This document shows positions 21,598 through 32,521 of a stretch of DNA of 42,419 nt, piece after piece (within the stretch, counting starts at the first letter, position 1; the number at the start of each line of letters is the position of its first letter). The DNA is from Nemertoderma westbladi (taxonomy: Eukaryota > Animalia > Xenacoelomorpha). The position numbers were made by a program, and so were the translations under genes. Under the pieces are notes generated by a model. It made no database searches. It was not told where the DNA came from and saw only the letters and a list, made by a program, of their open reading frames with translations. The DNA lies in contig JAUCBJ010005300.1 of NCBI GenBank assembly GCA_032718475.1, forward strand, positions 1 through 42,419, given 5' to 3'.

Positions 21598-22282
21598 TAG
21601 TGCTGCGGCTGCCCGCAAATTTAAATATGAAAAAGTATAATATGTAAAATTTCTTCAAATTTCAAAATTACTACATACTTACATTCTATTTTTTTCCTCT
21701 TTCTATTTTCGATTCAGATTCGGTTCAGATTTGGTATAATTCTCGAGATTGGGTCCAGATTGGGTTCAGAATATGACTTAAGTACTATCCAATATTTAAT
21801 CTGTATTAAAATTGTATATTTGCACGAAAAGTACCAAAATGTATCATTTTATTAAATTGTGCCATGAATACCAAGTCGAAAAATAAAAAAATTTGCATAC
21901 ACAACGTTTTTAGATGGTTTATCACATTTTCCATACTGGTTCAACAGCAAATTCGAAAAAATAAAAAATACCCGCCCTATAAAGAATAAAGATACAGCTA
22001 TTTTAATTTAAATATTTTAATATTTTATATGTAGTAATTATTAGAGTATAATTTTTATAAGAAAAATAACTTTGTACGTAATTTGGGCATTTTATTTGGG
22101 CATTGACAATTCGCACCATCCCCCAATGCATGCGCTCCCACAACTAAACTTATCATTTTCCAGGCTCCACTAGCTCTGCAAACGACATACACAAAGGTAT
22201 AAATGTAAACAAAGGATTTAGATTTTTTAATAATTCAACATTATACATTGTTTGTACATTGTGCAATCTACTTGGTTATAAG

Positions 22283-23462
22283 CAAGGTTTACTAAAGAAC
22301 AGGTCATGCAGCGTGCGGATTGCTGAAACTGGATAGTTATAAAACCCGAAAATATCGACAAAGGCGTATTATCAACGAAACTATTAAAATTATAAAACAA
22401 TCTACAAATTCTCGCTTTCCAATATGCGCGGTATTACAGTATTAGAAAGGCACACTTTATATTTTTTAATTAATACAATTCGATAATTTGGCCCCATTTT
22501 CGACCTTAAAAGTAATTTAATACAGAATACTGTCTGCTGGTTGGTTGTTGGAGGTTGACCAATAATGGCGGCTTGGATGAATCAATTCAGCATCAGCTGA
22601 TCAGTGTTCTAAAGTATTATAAGCATGGTACCGGTACGGTCAGCCGGTACACTAACCCAACACTACATTTACGCATTACGGCGTCAGGTACCTCCGCGTT
22701 ACATATGTATAGTACACTGTACAGTGACTGTCAGGTAAGTGGCGCATGTGTACAGGCTGACTGGTGATCGTAACTACACAGAACTGCAGTGCAGCAGTCG
22801 CAATGCTGTAGGCCTACACTCTGACTGTGCTGTCTTAATTTGAGCGCCATCTTGTGGTGTTTTGACATCATTGGATTACCCCTAATAACCAATCAACAGA
22901 GACAGTATATTACTAGTTTTATAGTATATTATTAGTATATTATTATATTAGTATATTATTATATTATTAGTATATTATATAGTAAAGTGTGACTTCTAAT
23001 AATAGCGATCTCACTGGAAAATGAGATTTTATTTAAAGTTTTATAATTTCGATATTTTCGTTAAAAATTTCTTATTTTTCATTATTTTCGGGTTTTTATA
23101 ACTATCCGCTGAAACAAGCATGGGCCGATCTTTTCCCTATTTATGGCATTTTTTCATAATATATCCTTAGAAACTTCTTTTATGCTACTTTTGATAGGTG
23201 GATATGATGACTAGGGTTCATAGAATTGTAATAAAATGTCTTGTAGTTGCCAAGGTAACCGAGTGTATTCTTCAAACTTTGCGCGCCTGTTATTCAAGAC
23301 GACGAGGGATTCTGTTATCATTATCCACCTAACAAAAGTAGCATAATAAAATAAGTTTGTAAGGAAATATTATGAAAAAAAGTGCCATAAATAGGGAAAA
23401 GATCGGCTCACGCTAATTTCAGCAATCCGCTCGCTGCACGACCTGTTATTTAGTACACCTTG
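22283..23462. mobile_element. P-element-like (or hAT-like) MITE with long TIRs
   Basis: Termini CAAGG...CCTTG; exact 8-bp TSD GTTATAAG at 22275-22282 and 23463-23470; ~150-bp imperfect TIR once the nested element is removed. Confidence 0.85.
22331..23107. mobile_element. MULE-like MITE nested in the left TIR of the previous element
   Basis: TIR GGATAGTTATAAAA(A)CCCGAAAAT; 9-bp TSD GCTGAAACT/GCTGAAACA (1 mismatch). Confidence 0.8.
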
Positions 23463-24156
23463 GTTATAAGATAGATAAATTAATGAATTAAAATTGAGTA
23501 ACAACCTATCATCATGCAGTGTAATTTGTCTTCTTTCAGAGCGTCCAATTCTATGGAAACGTATAGAGATGTCCTTGATTATTCCACAATCTCCATAGCA
23601 CCATTCTGTAATTCTTTGCTGATAATCTAGTCTGCAATTAGAGAAAATTCAATACACTCCTTTGATGAAAGAATTTCTAAAGAGTACAAAATTATAAGTT
23701 AGACAACTTATTTTAAGTGAAACGGATAATTAGGGATAAGCCCGCGAGGGTTCCTGAAAGCATTGACACAGAAATGTAAACTCTCCTGTAAACTCGGTGT
23801 GTAAACGGACGGCACCCAAGACACAGGCATAGTCTCCACGGTTTCACATAGACATTCGCCTTGCCACCATTACTTCTGTGAGGTATGTGATGAGGATTTT
23901 GGCCTCGGCACACCAGACACCATCTGTGTTTCCCACCAGTGGTGTGAAGGCCATCCGTTAATTAATATAGTAATGGTATTTATAAAATAAATATATGTCT
24001 ATTCCTCGCAGCTTTTAGGCAACTGGTCCCATTGTGGAATATATTTGGTATTTATAACAAATAGTTATAATTATATATACTATGGGGCGGGGGGGGGGGG
24101 GGGGGGTTCATTCAAAACAATGAGCCGCCAGGTGTGCTGAGAGATAAGACGAATGA

Positions 24157-24380
24157 AGGTGTCGACTAGGGCAGGGATGAATTTATATAACCACTGGTGT
24201 TAATCTAAAAACATTTCGTTTTACAATATAGGATATAATTTTTGTAAAATTTTGAAATACGGGGTGGGGTGTATTTCAAAATTTTACAAAAATTATATCC
24301 TATATTGTAAAACAAAATGTCTTTAAATCAACACATGTGGTTATATAAAGGTACATTCATCCCTGCCCTAGTCGACACCT
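24157..24380. repeat. Foldback inverted repeat (MITE-like), ~105-bp arms, flanked by poly-G and poly-C
   Basis: AGGTGTCGACTAGGGCAGGGATGAAT ... ATTCATCCCTGCCCTAGTCGACACCT; centre at ~24265; no clear TSD. Confidence 0.8.
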
Positions 24381-24839
24381 AAGCCCCCCCCCCCCCCCCT
24401 TTAATATTTCTAAATGTTCTAAAGATTATAGCACTACAGTAGTGATGCAACGGGAATCTGGCTTTGGGGGGGGGGGGGGGGGGGGGTGGGCTGGCGGGAT
24501 TAAAAGGGGTTGAATAATAGTAGTGTTCAAACCGTGATAGTTAGTTGTCAATTAAATAAGCTTCAAATTTAGATTGAAAATTTATATTACAATTCAAATT
24601 AGGTCTACACAACTGCTGAGTGAGTTCAAATATAGGCACACAAAACAGATTCAAAATTTGACTTCTACACCTCAAGTATATCTCTGTTGCAAATAGGCCA
24701 CGACAAATTTTGTAACTGAAAATAAACCAGTTAGTTCACCAATAACCTTTGTATTTTTATTACAACTATACATTTGTACTAACTATATTTAATTTTTAAC
24801 AGAATGCGTACTTAAATGTTACAACAGTAAATATAACAG

Positions 24840-26442
24840 TTAACCCTATTAAACCCGGGGGTGGGGGTCAATATGACCCCCCCCCCCCCGTGGTTTTTTT
24901 ATTATAATTCTGAAACAAACGCAGTTGAGAATCTGAAATTTTATGACTTTTCCTAAAAATCTATTGTGTTCCTATTAGTGAAAACCGTCTTCAAAAATAT
25001 TGGGTAGTTTTCGAGTTATAGCACAATTTTTAACCCTTCTTTTGGCACTTTTTTTGAGACGTTTTTTGAAAATTAAATTTCATTAAATATTAATTGTAAC
25101 ATCTCTATTTTTGATTTACACCGGTTTTTTGCAGTTAGCAATTGGATGGAATTCATATAAATTGATTTAGAACTTTGAAACTTGTTTCATCGCCGGGTGC
25201 CAAATTTTGGTTCCAGCACCATATTTTGAAATATGTCAATTTTGTAAATTGATTGTTTGAAACGTTTTTTTACGCAATTGTGGTTTTTTGGGGTTCTGGT
25301 TTCGATGAAATATATACGAGTTGCACCAAGCGTATCAAACTTGTATTTTTCGGTGCTGTGTGCAAAGTTTGGTGCTGGCACAAAATTTTGTATTTTTCGG
25401 TGCTGTGTGCAAAGTTTGGTGGTAGCACGAAATTTTGAAAATCCATTCAAAAGATAAAATTGCTTGTGACAATTTATTTCTTGCGTTTTAGAGGCTTATG
25501 GCTGTTCTAGTCATCTCAAACTTGTATTTTTCGGAAGTGGGTGCAAAATGTGATGCTAGCACCAAATTTTGAATACCATCAAATATATCAATTGATAGTG
25601 TCACCTTCTTTCTTGCGTTATACGGGTTTGTGAGGATCCTGAATTCAATGGAATCAGTAAAAATTTCATAAGAGTTTTCAAACTTGTATTTTGCGCCGGT
25701 GGGTGAAAATTGTTGTGCCAGCACCAAATTTTGGAAAATATGCAAATTGATCAGTAGATAGTATCACCTTGTTTCTTGCGTTATACGGGTTTATGAGGGT
25801 CCTGAATCCGATGGAATCAATAAAACATCACTGGACATCGCAAACTTGTACTTTTTGGTGATGGGTACGAAATTTGGTGCTAGCACCAAAATTTGCCAAA
25901 TTACGCCGAAAAATACAAGTAGAAATGATCTGGCATAATAGAATTGTATTCCATTAGAATCAGCGCGCTGGAAAACCTGAAAATGTGAAATTATAGCATC
26001 GTATAAGTGAATTAAAAATTTTGTGTTCTAACTGATAAGTACTGGTTACTTGTTTTTTTCATTTTTTTCCTACGCAGAGAGGACAAAACAGCCATTTTTA
26101 GTAGTCATATCATTTTTAAATATTTTCCAATGTATTTTGCGCCCCAGAAAACCTGTATTGAAAAACAATCAGCCGAAAAATGTAACTTTCAAATTTTGTG
26201 TAAATTGTACACTACTTGTAATTTTGGTGCTGCAATATAACCACCCCAGTACTTTTTTTCGAAAAATTTTTTTTTGGCCGGATTTAGACTAGTGATACCT
26301 AAGTAAAAACAAAAAATCAGACGTTTTCGTAAAAATTTGTAGATTTTAGAGAGGGGGGGGGGGGGGGGGGGTCAATATGACCCCCCCCCCCCCCCCGGTA
26401 TTTGTACAACATTTTATAGCTCGGTACTAATTAATTAGTTAA
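24840..26442. mobile_element. Probable non-autonomous DNA element starting TTAACCCT (piggyBac-like end) with internal repeats
   Basis: GGGGGTCAATATGACCCCC hairpin near both ends (24866, ~26367); recurring CAAACTTGTATTTT..GGTGCT.GCAC.AAATTT units at 25190-25920; right end degenerate. Confidence 0.55.
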
Positions 26443-26913
26443 TTAAAGTAAATTGTTCTTTATGGTTCCGTATGTGCTATCCTATATAGCTTATAAATTA
26501 GACAATGTTTACATACAATATTAGTGTTTATAATTACGATGAAGTAAATTGTTCTTTATGGTTGCCAAATGTTCCGTGCCATGATATCTTTTGTATCTTA
26601 TAAAGTAAACAATGTTTACATACAATATAAAGTAGACAAAAGAGTATTTATTTGTATTGTTATTTATTTTTATGCTTGCACCCATTGAATGCCATTCAAT
26701 ACAGTCGGGGTCTCAAAGTGCATCTGTTCTTTGAGATTTTCTCAAAGAACTAAAAGTGTCTCAAATTTCTAAAAGTGGTCCAATGATCATTGACTTCTTT
26801 ATTCCAACATATGGAGCTTAGTAAAATTAATCAATTGAAGCACAAATTTCCGTAAAATAAATAATAATATAATATAAATATTAAAATACTGTTACTAAAC
26901 TATAATAAGTAAG

Positions 26914-29763
26914 TCACGGTGGATGGGGAAGTGGTTGGTCTACGCTCATCAGATACAGCGCGCATCTTAATGAAGACAGGTTGGCTGGCATTCCAGTGCA
27001 TTGCAGGTAGTGGGCGGTAGATGTGGCACTATTATTGCACAACCAGCAGACACATTGATCAGTGGGTCTCCAGCAGTTCGAAATTTTACAAATCCGATGG
27101 TGGCAGCCGTTCGCCATTAACTGGGCTGCTGCGCGGCGACGAAAACCGGTTAGGTCCACGAGATTAATTTCCGCATCATCGCAGTTATCTATTGCGTTAA
27201 GGATTGCAGTTGACGACGAGTATTTACTGATGCCGCACCAAAGTTTGTAGTAAAATGCTCGCACTCGATGGATGTGTTCCAGCCGCGGAACGTTTTCATT
27301 AGACGTAAAAATAGTGCATCCGTATGTTGTCGACGGGTAGATTACAGTTGCCCACAAACGTTTTGCTGTGGCTAACGATATATGATGTAGATTTACCTTA
27401 GTTGCAATACGAATAGAGCAGGCCACGCCTTTTTTGTATAAGTGCTGGAAGTGAGCTGTGGGACCATTTTTTGTTGCTAGCACTACGCCTAAGTAGTTGA
27501 ACGTATTTTGAAACTCCAATAAAGTGCCATTATAATATAATTTATCACCAGAAGCTAAACGGCCACCTCTGCGGAATTTGACTGCCTTAGTTTTCTTTAT
27601 ATTGACCTTCAGGTCATTGACCCGACAATATTCTGATAATCTATCCAGTGCGTCCTGGGTGACTGCGATCGAATCGCCGACTATGACGAGATCATCAGCG
27701 TACATTATGACGATGCAGCATGCGGCCATGAGGATAGATGGGAGGTCAGCAACGAACAAGCTGAATAAAAGGGGAGAGAGTTTGTCACCTTGCACTACTC
27801 CCACCGATTGAGTGATTGGGTCCAATACATATGTTCCAATGCAAATACATACATAGTTAACTGCGATTAGTGCCCATATAGCAGTGATAAATTTTCGACT
27901 GATGCCATGTATTACTAGACGCTGGCAGAGAGTTTCTCTGTTGATGGAGTCGAACGCCTTAGTGAAGTCGATGAAAACACAATATGTATGGCCTCTGGCC
28001 GACTGAAGAGCTATATTTATTAAACCATATAGGTTCTTGACAGCCATCACCGTTGAGAGTCCTCGATGGAAGCCGTATTGAGCAGCAGGAAGGATGCCAC
28101 TGATCTCGACAAACATGTACAGACGTTCAAACAGAATAGCGGTGTATAGTTTTAGTAGACACGAAAGGAGTGCTATGCCACGATAACTGTCAGGGGATGT
28201 CTTTTTGCCTTTTCCTTTATACAGTGGTATCAGATATGATGTCAACCAGGATATTGGGCAAACTCCCAGTGTGAGACAGAGGGACAACAGACTCAGAAGG
28301 AATGGAAGAAGATGACCGAAACCGGATTTTAGCGCCTCGTTCGACACGCCATCTGGCCCCGTTGCTTTGTGGAGCTTGGCGTTATTGACAGCGACCGTTA
28401 TTTCCGATGGCTCTATTTGTTTATCTAGTATATCAATTGGTTGATCTGGAATTGGCGGTAGTTGGGGTGAGTGTTTGGTTGAAAGCAACTCTGAGAAATG
28501 TGTGAACCAAGATTGTTCTGACACTTGTTGAGCAACTGGTTTGACTTGGTCGCCGGTCTTCAGAATGTTCCAAAATTTCTGTTTGTCAGACTCGCACTCT
28601 TGAATTAACTTAAACTCTTTTTGGGCCTCGTACAATGTCTTTTTTGTATGCATCAACTTCTTATATGAACGAGCTAACTCCGAATATCTTTGCTTGTTTA
28701 GGGGTGTTGGCGCCCGTTTCATTAACTGAAAACTTGACATGAGTTCGTGTTTAGCCAGATAGCATTCTTGATTGAACCAAGGTTTGGAATTTCTCGGCTT
28801 ACTAGATAACGAAGAATTTGTAATAGCATTAGTTATGTAAGAACATACATCGTCTACTCCATTGGCTATAGCAGATTGAAAATCTCCTGTCGTTAGAATG
28901 TGGCCTAATTTGTCTACATCAAGCCTCTTGATTGCTTTACAGCGATCTTTCCTATATTTGATGGGGCTTGTTGTTTCATATTTTATATAAACGCGCTGGT
29001 GTTTAGTGTTTGTAGTTGGGCGGATACTTACTGAGACCTTATCAGCCAGTAGGTGGTCGACAAAAACGAGGTCGATTACGCTCTGACCATTCCAGGAGTA
29101 AAATGTAGGGATTGAGTGGTCGTTAATGCAGTTCAGTCCTGCGCCAAGTAGGCCACTGCATAGTGTGTCTCCACGATCATGAGGGCCATCTAAACGGCAG
29201 TTAAAATCACCTGTTAGCAGTATTGGAAGAGTGCACTTTGCCCGTGCAGTTACAATTATAGTGGTGAGCTCGAGTAATATATCAGAGACATCAGTTGATG
29301 GGGGATAATAGGCAGATATTATCACAAAGTTACTTGTTAGTAGTGCTAAAGCTGTTGAGCTTTTATGAATGGGCTCCTGATGCATTGCGCTTTTCATATT
29401 AATGGCAATAGTGATACCACCGTAAGGGCGCCCTAAATCGCGTTTCTCACAAGACACATTGTGACATGAGAAGCCTGGGATGACCAAGTCTGTCGTAAAC
29501 GTTTCATAAAGGAGAAGGATATCAGTGTCTATGAAGGTATCATCCATTGTTGTGTCGATCGTAGAGCGCGCACCTTCCACATTCCATGCAACTAATGTGT
29601 AGTAACCAGAGCTATTGTTTGAAAATTTCATATTGGATTCGTCACAGAAAGGGAGTTCGCTAAACAGTAACAGATTAGAAGCGGACTGGAAACGTAAACA
29701 GACTTTGTGGTGCTTTTCCAGACTGGCCAAGTAGCGATACGGATTCAAGCAACCAATGCACAT
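26914..29763 (-). CDS. Non-LTR retrotransposon ORF2: APE endonuclease, reverse transcriptase, Cys-rich C-terminus (949 aa, uninterrupted)
   Basis: APE WNVEG, LYETF, GDFN, SVIDLVF; RT GPDG, YRGIALLS, QYGF, FIDFTKAFD, GVVQGDKLSPLLF, YADD, YLG; C-terminal CHHRIC..C..CVCWLC..HYLQC; clade not assigned. Confidence 0.95.
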   Translation of the reverse strand: MCIGCLNPYRYLASLEKHHKVCLRFQSASNLLLFSELPFCDESNMKFSNNSSGYYTLVAWNVEGARSTIDTTMDDTFIDTDILLLYETFTTDLVIPGFSCHNVSCEKRDLGRPYGGITIAINMKSAMHQEPIHKSSTALALLTSNFVIISAYYPPSTDVSDILLELTTIIVTARAKCTLPILLTGDFNCRLDGPHDRGDTLCSGLLGAGLNCINDHSIPTFYSWNGQSVIDLVFVDHLLADKVSVSIRPTTNTKHQRVYIKYETTSPIKYRKDRCKAIKRLDVDKLGHILTTGDFQSAIANGVDDVCSYITNAITNSSLSSKPRNSKPWFNQECYLAKHELMSSFQLMKRAPTPLNKQRYSELARSYKKLMHTKKTLYEAQKEFKLIQECESDKQKFWNILKTGDQVKPVAQQVSEQSWFTHFSELLSTKHSPQLPPIPDQPIDILDKQIEPSEITVAVNNAKLHKATGPDGVSNEALKSGFGHLLPFLLSLLSLCLTLGVCPISWLTSYLIPLYKGKGKKTSPDSYRGIALLSCLLKLYTAILFERLYMFVEISGILPAAQYGFHRGLSTVMAVKNLYGLINIALQSARGHTYCVFIDFTKAFDSINRETLCQRLVIHGISRKFITAIWALIAVNYVCICIGTYVLDPITQSVGVVQGDKLSPLLFSLFVADLPSILMAACCIVIMYADDLVIVGDSIAVTQDALDRLSEYCRVNDLKVNIKKTKAVKFRRGGRLASGDKLYYNGTLLEFQNTFNYLGVVLATKNGPTAHFQHLYKKGVACSIRIATKVNLHHISLATAKRLWATVIYPSTTYGCTIFTSNENVPRLEHIHRVRAFYYKLWCGISKYSSSTAILNAIDNCDDAEINLVDLTGFRRRAAAQLMANGCHHRICKISNCWRPTDQCVCWLCNNSATSTAHYLQCTGMPANLSSLRCALYLMSVDQPLPHPP

Positions 29764-29860
29764 TGTAGTACGCGCAGTTTGGCTAGAAGGGGGTCGTGTT
29801 GAAGCAATTGTGGTTGCTGGTAGACGTGTTTGGGTTACTGGAGGGTGGTTTGGGGCATTA

Positions 29861-30933
29861 GGGGTTACTGGAGGGGGTGTTGGGACAATTGGGGTTACTG
29901 CAGGGGGTGTTGGGACAATTGGGGTTACTGGAGAGGGTGTTGGGACAATTGGGGTTACTGGCGGGGGTGTTGGGACAATATGGGTTACTGGAGGGGGTGT
30001 TGAGACAATTGGGGTTACTGGAGGGGGTGTTGGGATAATTGGGGGTACTGGAGTGGGTGTTGGGACAATTGGGGTTGCTGGAGTGGGTGTTGGGACAATT
30101 GGGGTTACTGGAGTGGGTGTTGGGACAATTGGGGTTACTGGAGGGGGTGTTGGGACAATTGGGGTTACTGGAGGGGGTGTTGGGACAATTGGGGGTACTG
30201 GAGTGGGTGTTGGTACAGTTGGGGTTACTGGAGGGGGTGTTGGGAAAATTGGGGTTACTGGAGAGGTTGTTGGGACAATATGGGTTACTGGAGGGGGTGT
30301 TGAGAAAATTGGGGTTACTGGAGGGGGTGTTGGGACAATTGGAGGTACTGGAGTGGGCGTTGGTACAATTGGGGTTACTGGAGGGGGTGTTGGGAAAATT
30401 GGGGTTACTGGAGAGGGTGTTGGGACAATATGGGTTACTGGAGGGGGTGTTGCGAAAATTGGGGTTACTGGAGGGGGTGTTGGGACAATTAAGGGTACTG
30501 GAGCGGGTGTTGGGACAATTGGGGTTACTGGAGGGGGTGTTGGGACAGTTGGGGTTACTGGATGGGGTGTTGGGATAATTGGGGTTACTGGAGAGGGTGT
30601 TGGGCCAATATGGGTTACTACAGGGGGTGTTGGGATAATTGGGGTTACTAGAGGGGGTGTTAGGACAATTGGGGTTACTGGAGGGGGTGTTGGGATAATT
30701 GGGGTTACTGGAGAGGGTGTTGGGCCAATATGGTATACTGGAGGGGGTGTTGGGATAATTGGGGTTACTGGAGGGGGTGTTAGGACAATTGGGGTTACTG
30801 GAGGGGGTGTTGGGATAATTGGGGTTACTGGAGAGGGTGTTGGGACAATATGGGTTACTGGAGGGGGTGTTGAGACAATTGGGGTTACTGGAGGGGGTGT
30901 TAGAACAATTGGGGTTACTGGAGGGGGTGTTGG
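29861..30933. repeat. 30-bp minisatellite, ~36 copies, between LINE ORF1 and ORF2
   Basis: Unit GGGGTTACTGGAGGGGGTGTTGGGACAATT with substitutions only and no indels. Confidence 0.97.
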
Positions 30934-30951
30934 AGTTATATTGGCATGAAG

Positions 30952-31782
30952 TCAAAAGCCCCAATGGTTATTTCTGCGTCGTGGTCGTAAGTTAAGGGCT
31001 GCGCGTTCCTCATCGCTCCTCGCTTGCCAGACCTCGGGATCCATCACTGTGTCACGGTCTTCCTGATTACATGTTAGGTGAAATGCTTTCGGTGGATTTT
31101 CAAGTTGTTCGCCTCGGGGTTCACTTTCTGACTGATTACCGGGTGGAGGTAGTTGAATAACATCGCTGAATGGTATAGATTGCTCTTCGAGGTAGGTTTT
31201 TACATCATCAGCAGTTACTGAAGATCCGAGATTTCCAATGTAGACGTGTGCAACACTTACACCTTGGCGGCGCGGTGCACGCGAGGCTGCGAGCGAAGTA
31301 CCAGTTTTCCGACCTATAATGGCGGTGTTGCGTTTAGATTCGAGTCGTCGATTGTGTTCAGTCGGAGGGGCTGCATACTGGTTATGGCTACCTCCGACTC
31401 TACTTGGTGACTGGATTGCAGGCCTTTCAGACTGATGATCTTGTCTAGCGGTAAACTCGCCTGAGTTTCCTCTGACGGTATCGCTGTATAAACGTGTGGT
31501 TGTCGGTACATTCAGTGCGCCGCGTGCCTGATCGGGTGTAGCATGGTTCTGAATAGCTGTTATAAGTTTGTGTTGAGTGGCAATGGCTTCACTTTGGGCC
31601 GTAATTATCTGTTTTCTCGCTTCTGCGAGTTCGGTAAGTCCTATATTATGGACGGCGTTCATTGCGGATAACGAGTTCAGTAAGGTCTTTTCGTCTTCCT
31701 GTGATACACCTTTTTTGGCTTTTACAGCGCGGAATAACTCGAGGATGTCTTTTTGGGATTCAGTAAAAACGTCGGATGCCAT
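30952..31782 (-). CDS. LINE ORF1-like protein (coiled coil plus RRM-like C-terminus)
   Basis: First ATG at 31782 (MASDVF); helical N-terminus; HVYIGNL..VTADDVKTYL..AFHLTC..VMDPEVW resembles ORF1p RRM-type domains. Confidence 0.8.
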   Translation of the reverse strand: MASDVFTESQKDILELFRAVKAKKGVSQEDEKTLLNSLSAMNAVHNIGLTELAEARKQIITAQSEAIATQHKLITAIQNHATPDQARGALNVPTTTRLYSDTVRGNSGEFTARQDHQSERPAIQSPSRVGGSHNQYAAPPTEHNRRLESKRNTAIIGRKTGTSLAASRAPRRQGVSVAHVYIGNLGSSVTADDVKTYLEEQSIPFSDVIQLPPPGNQSESEPRGEQLENPPKAFHLTCNQEDRDTVMDPEVWQARSDEERAALNLRPRRRNNHWGF

Positions 31783-32003
31783 TTCATATACAAATATGAA
31801 CAAAAATATTGCGTAAAAATTAATAGCTGGTAAAATTGTGTTTTATTATATAAATTTCATTATGGAAAACAAAACAAAGACTTCTTTTCATCCAATAAAA
31901 TTCAATAAAATAACAAAGTGTCCTCAAAGATTTCAAAGTAGTACTGTTAGTCATTTCATACAGTCCTGCCTGAAGCTGGCTATGGTATGGGGTATATTGA
32001 CTT

Positions 32004-32521
32004 TGACTACTAAAGGGTAAAATATAAGTAATAAAAACCTCAATGAAACAAAAAAGATGCCTCCAAAAAATACTGCAGTAATAAATATTTGTTACTGAAA
32101 GTAAGAATTAAACTTACTGCAGTAATAAAAAATTGTCTTTTTCTGCAGTAACAAATAATTTGTTACTGCAGTAGAAATTTTTATTCAATTATTTATTAAT
32201 ATTGACTACTGCAGTATAAATTTTTATTCAATTATTTATTAATTTATTAATTTATTAATATTGATTATTGCAGTAATAAATATTTGTTACTGCAGTAATA
32301 AATATTTGTTACTGCAGTAATAAATATTTGTTACTGCAGTAATAAATATTTATTACTGCAGTAATAAATATTTATTACTGCAGTAATAAATATTTGTTAC
32401 TGCAGTAATTGTTATATGTTACTGCAGTAACTAATATTTAATACAGCAGTATTTTTTGTAGGAATTTTTATTGTTTCATAGAGGATTTTATTAATTTATA
32501 TTTGGGCTCTTTAGAGACGCC
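32004..32521. mobile_element. Degenerate MITE with ~65-bp imperfect TIRs and an internal 22-bp array (ACTGCAGTAATAAATATTTGTT)
   Basis: CTAAAGGGTAAAATATAAG..AAAAAATACTGC matches the reverse complement of 32446-32514; tandem units at ~32267-32430; TSD not clear. Confidence 0.65.

Noticed and set aside
23480-23960. Moderately GC-rich stretch as a possible host exon
   Set aside because: No recognisable protein in the frames read and no consistent exon chain; cannot be supported without a search
29756-30949. Plus-strand Gly/Val ORF, and minus-strand PSSNPNCPNT ORF (29858-30964), as ice-binding or circumsporozoite-like genes
   Set aside because: Alternative frames of a stop-poor 30-bp minisatellite; only the TPPPVTPIVP frame connects ORF1 to ORF2
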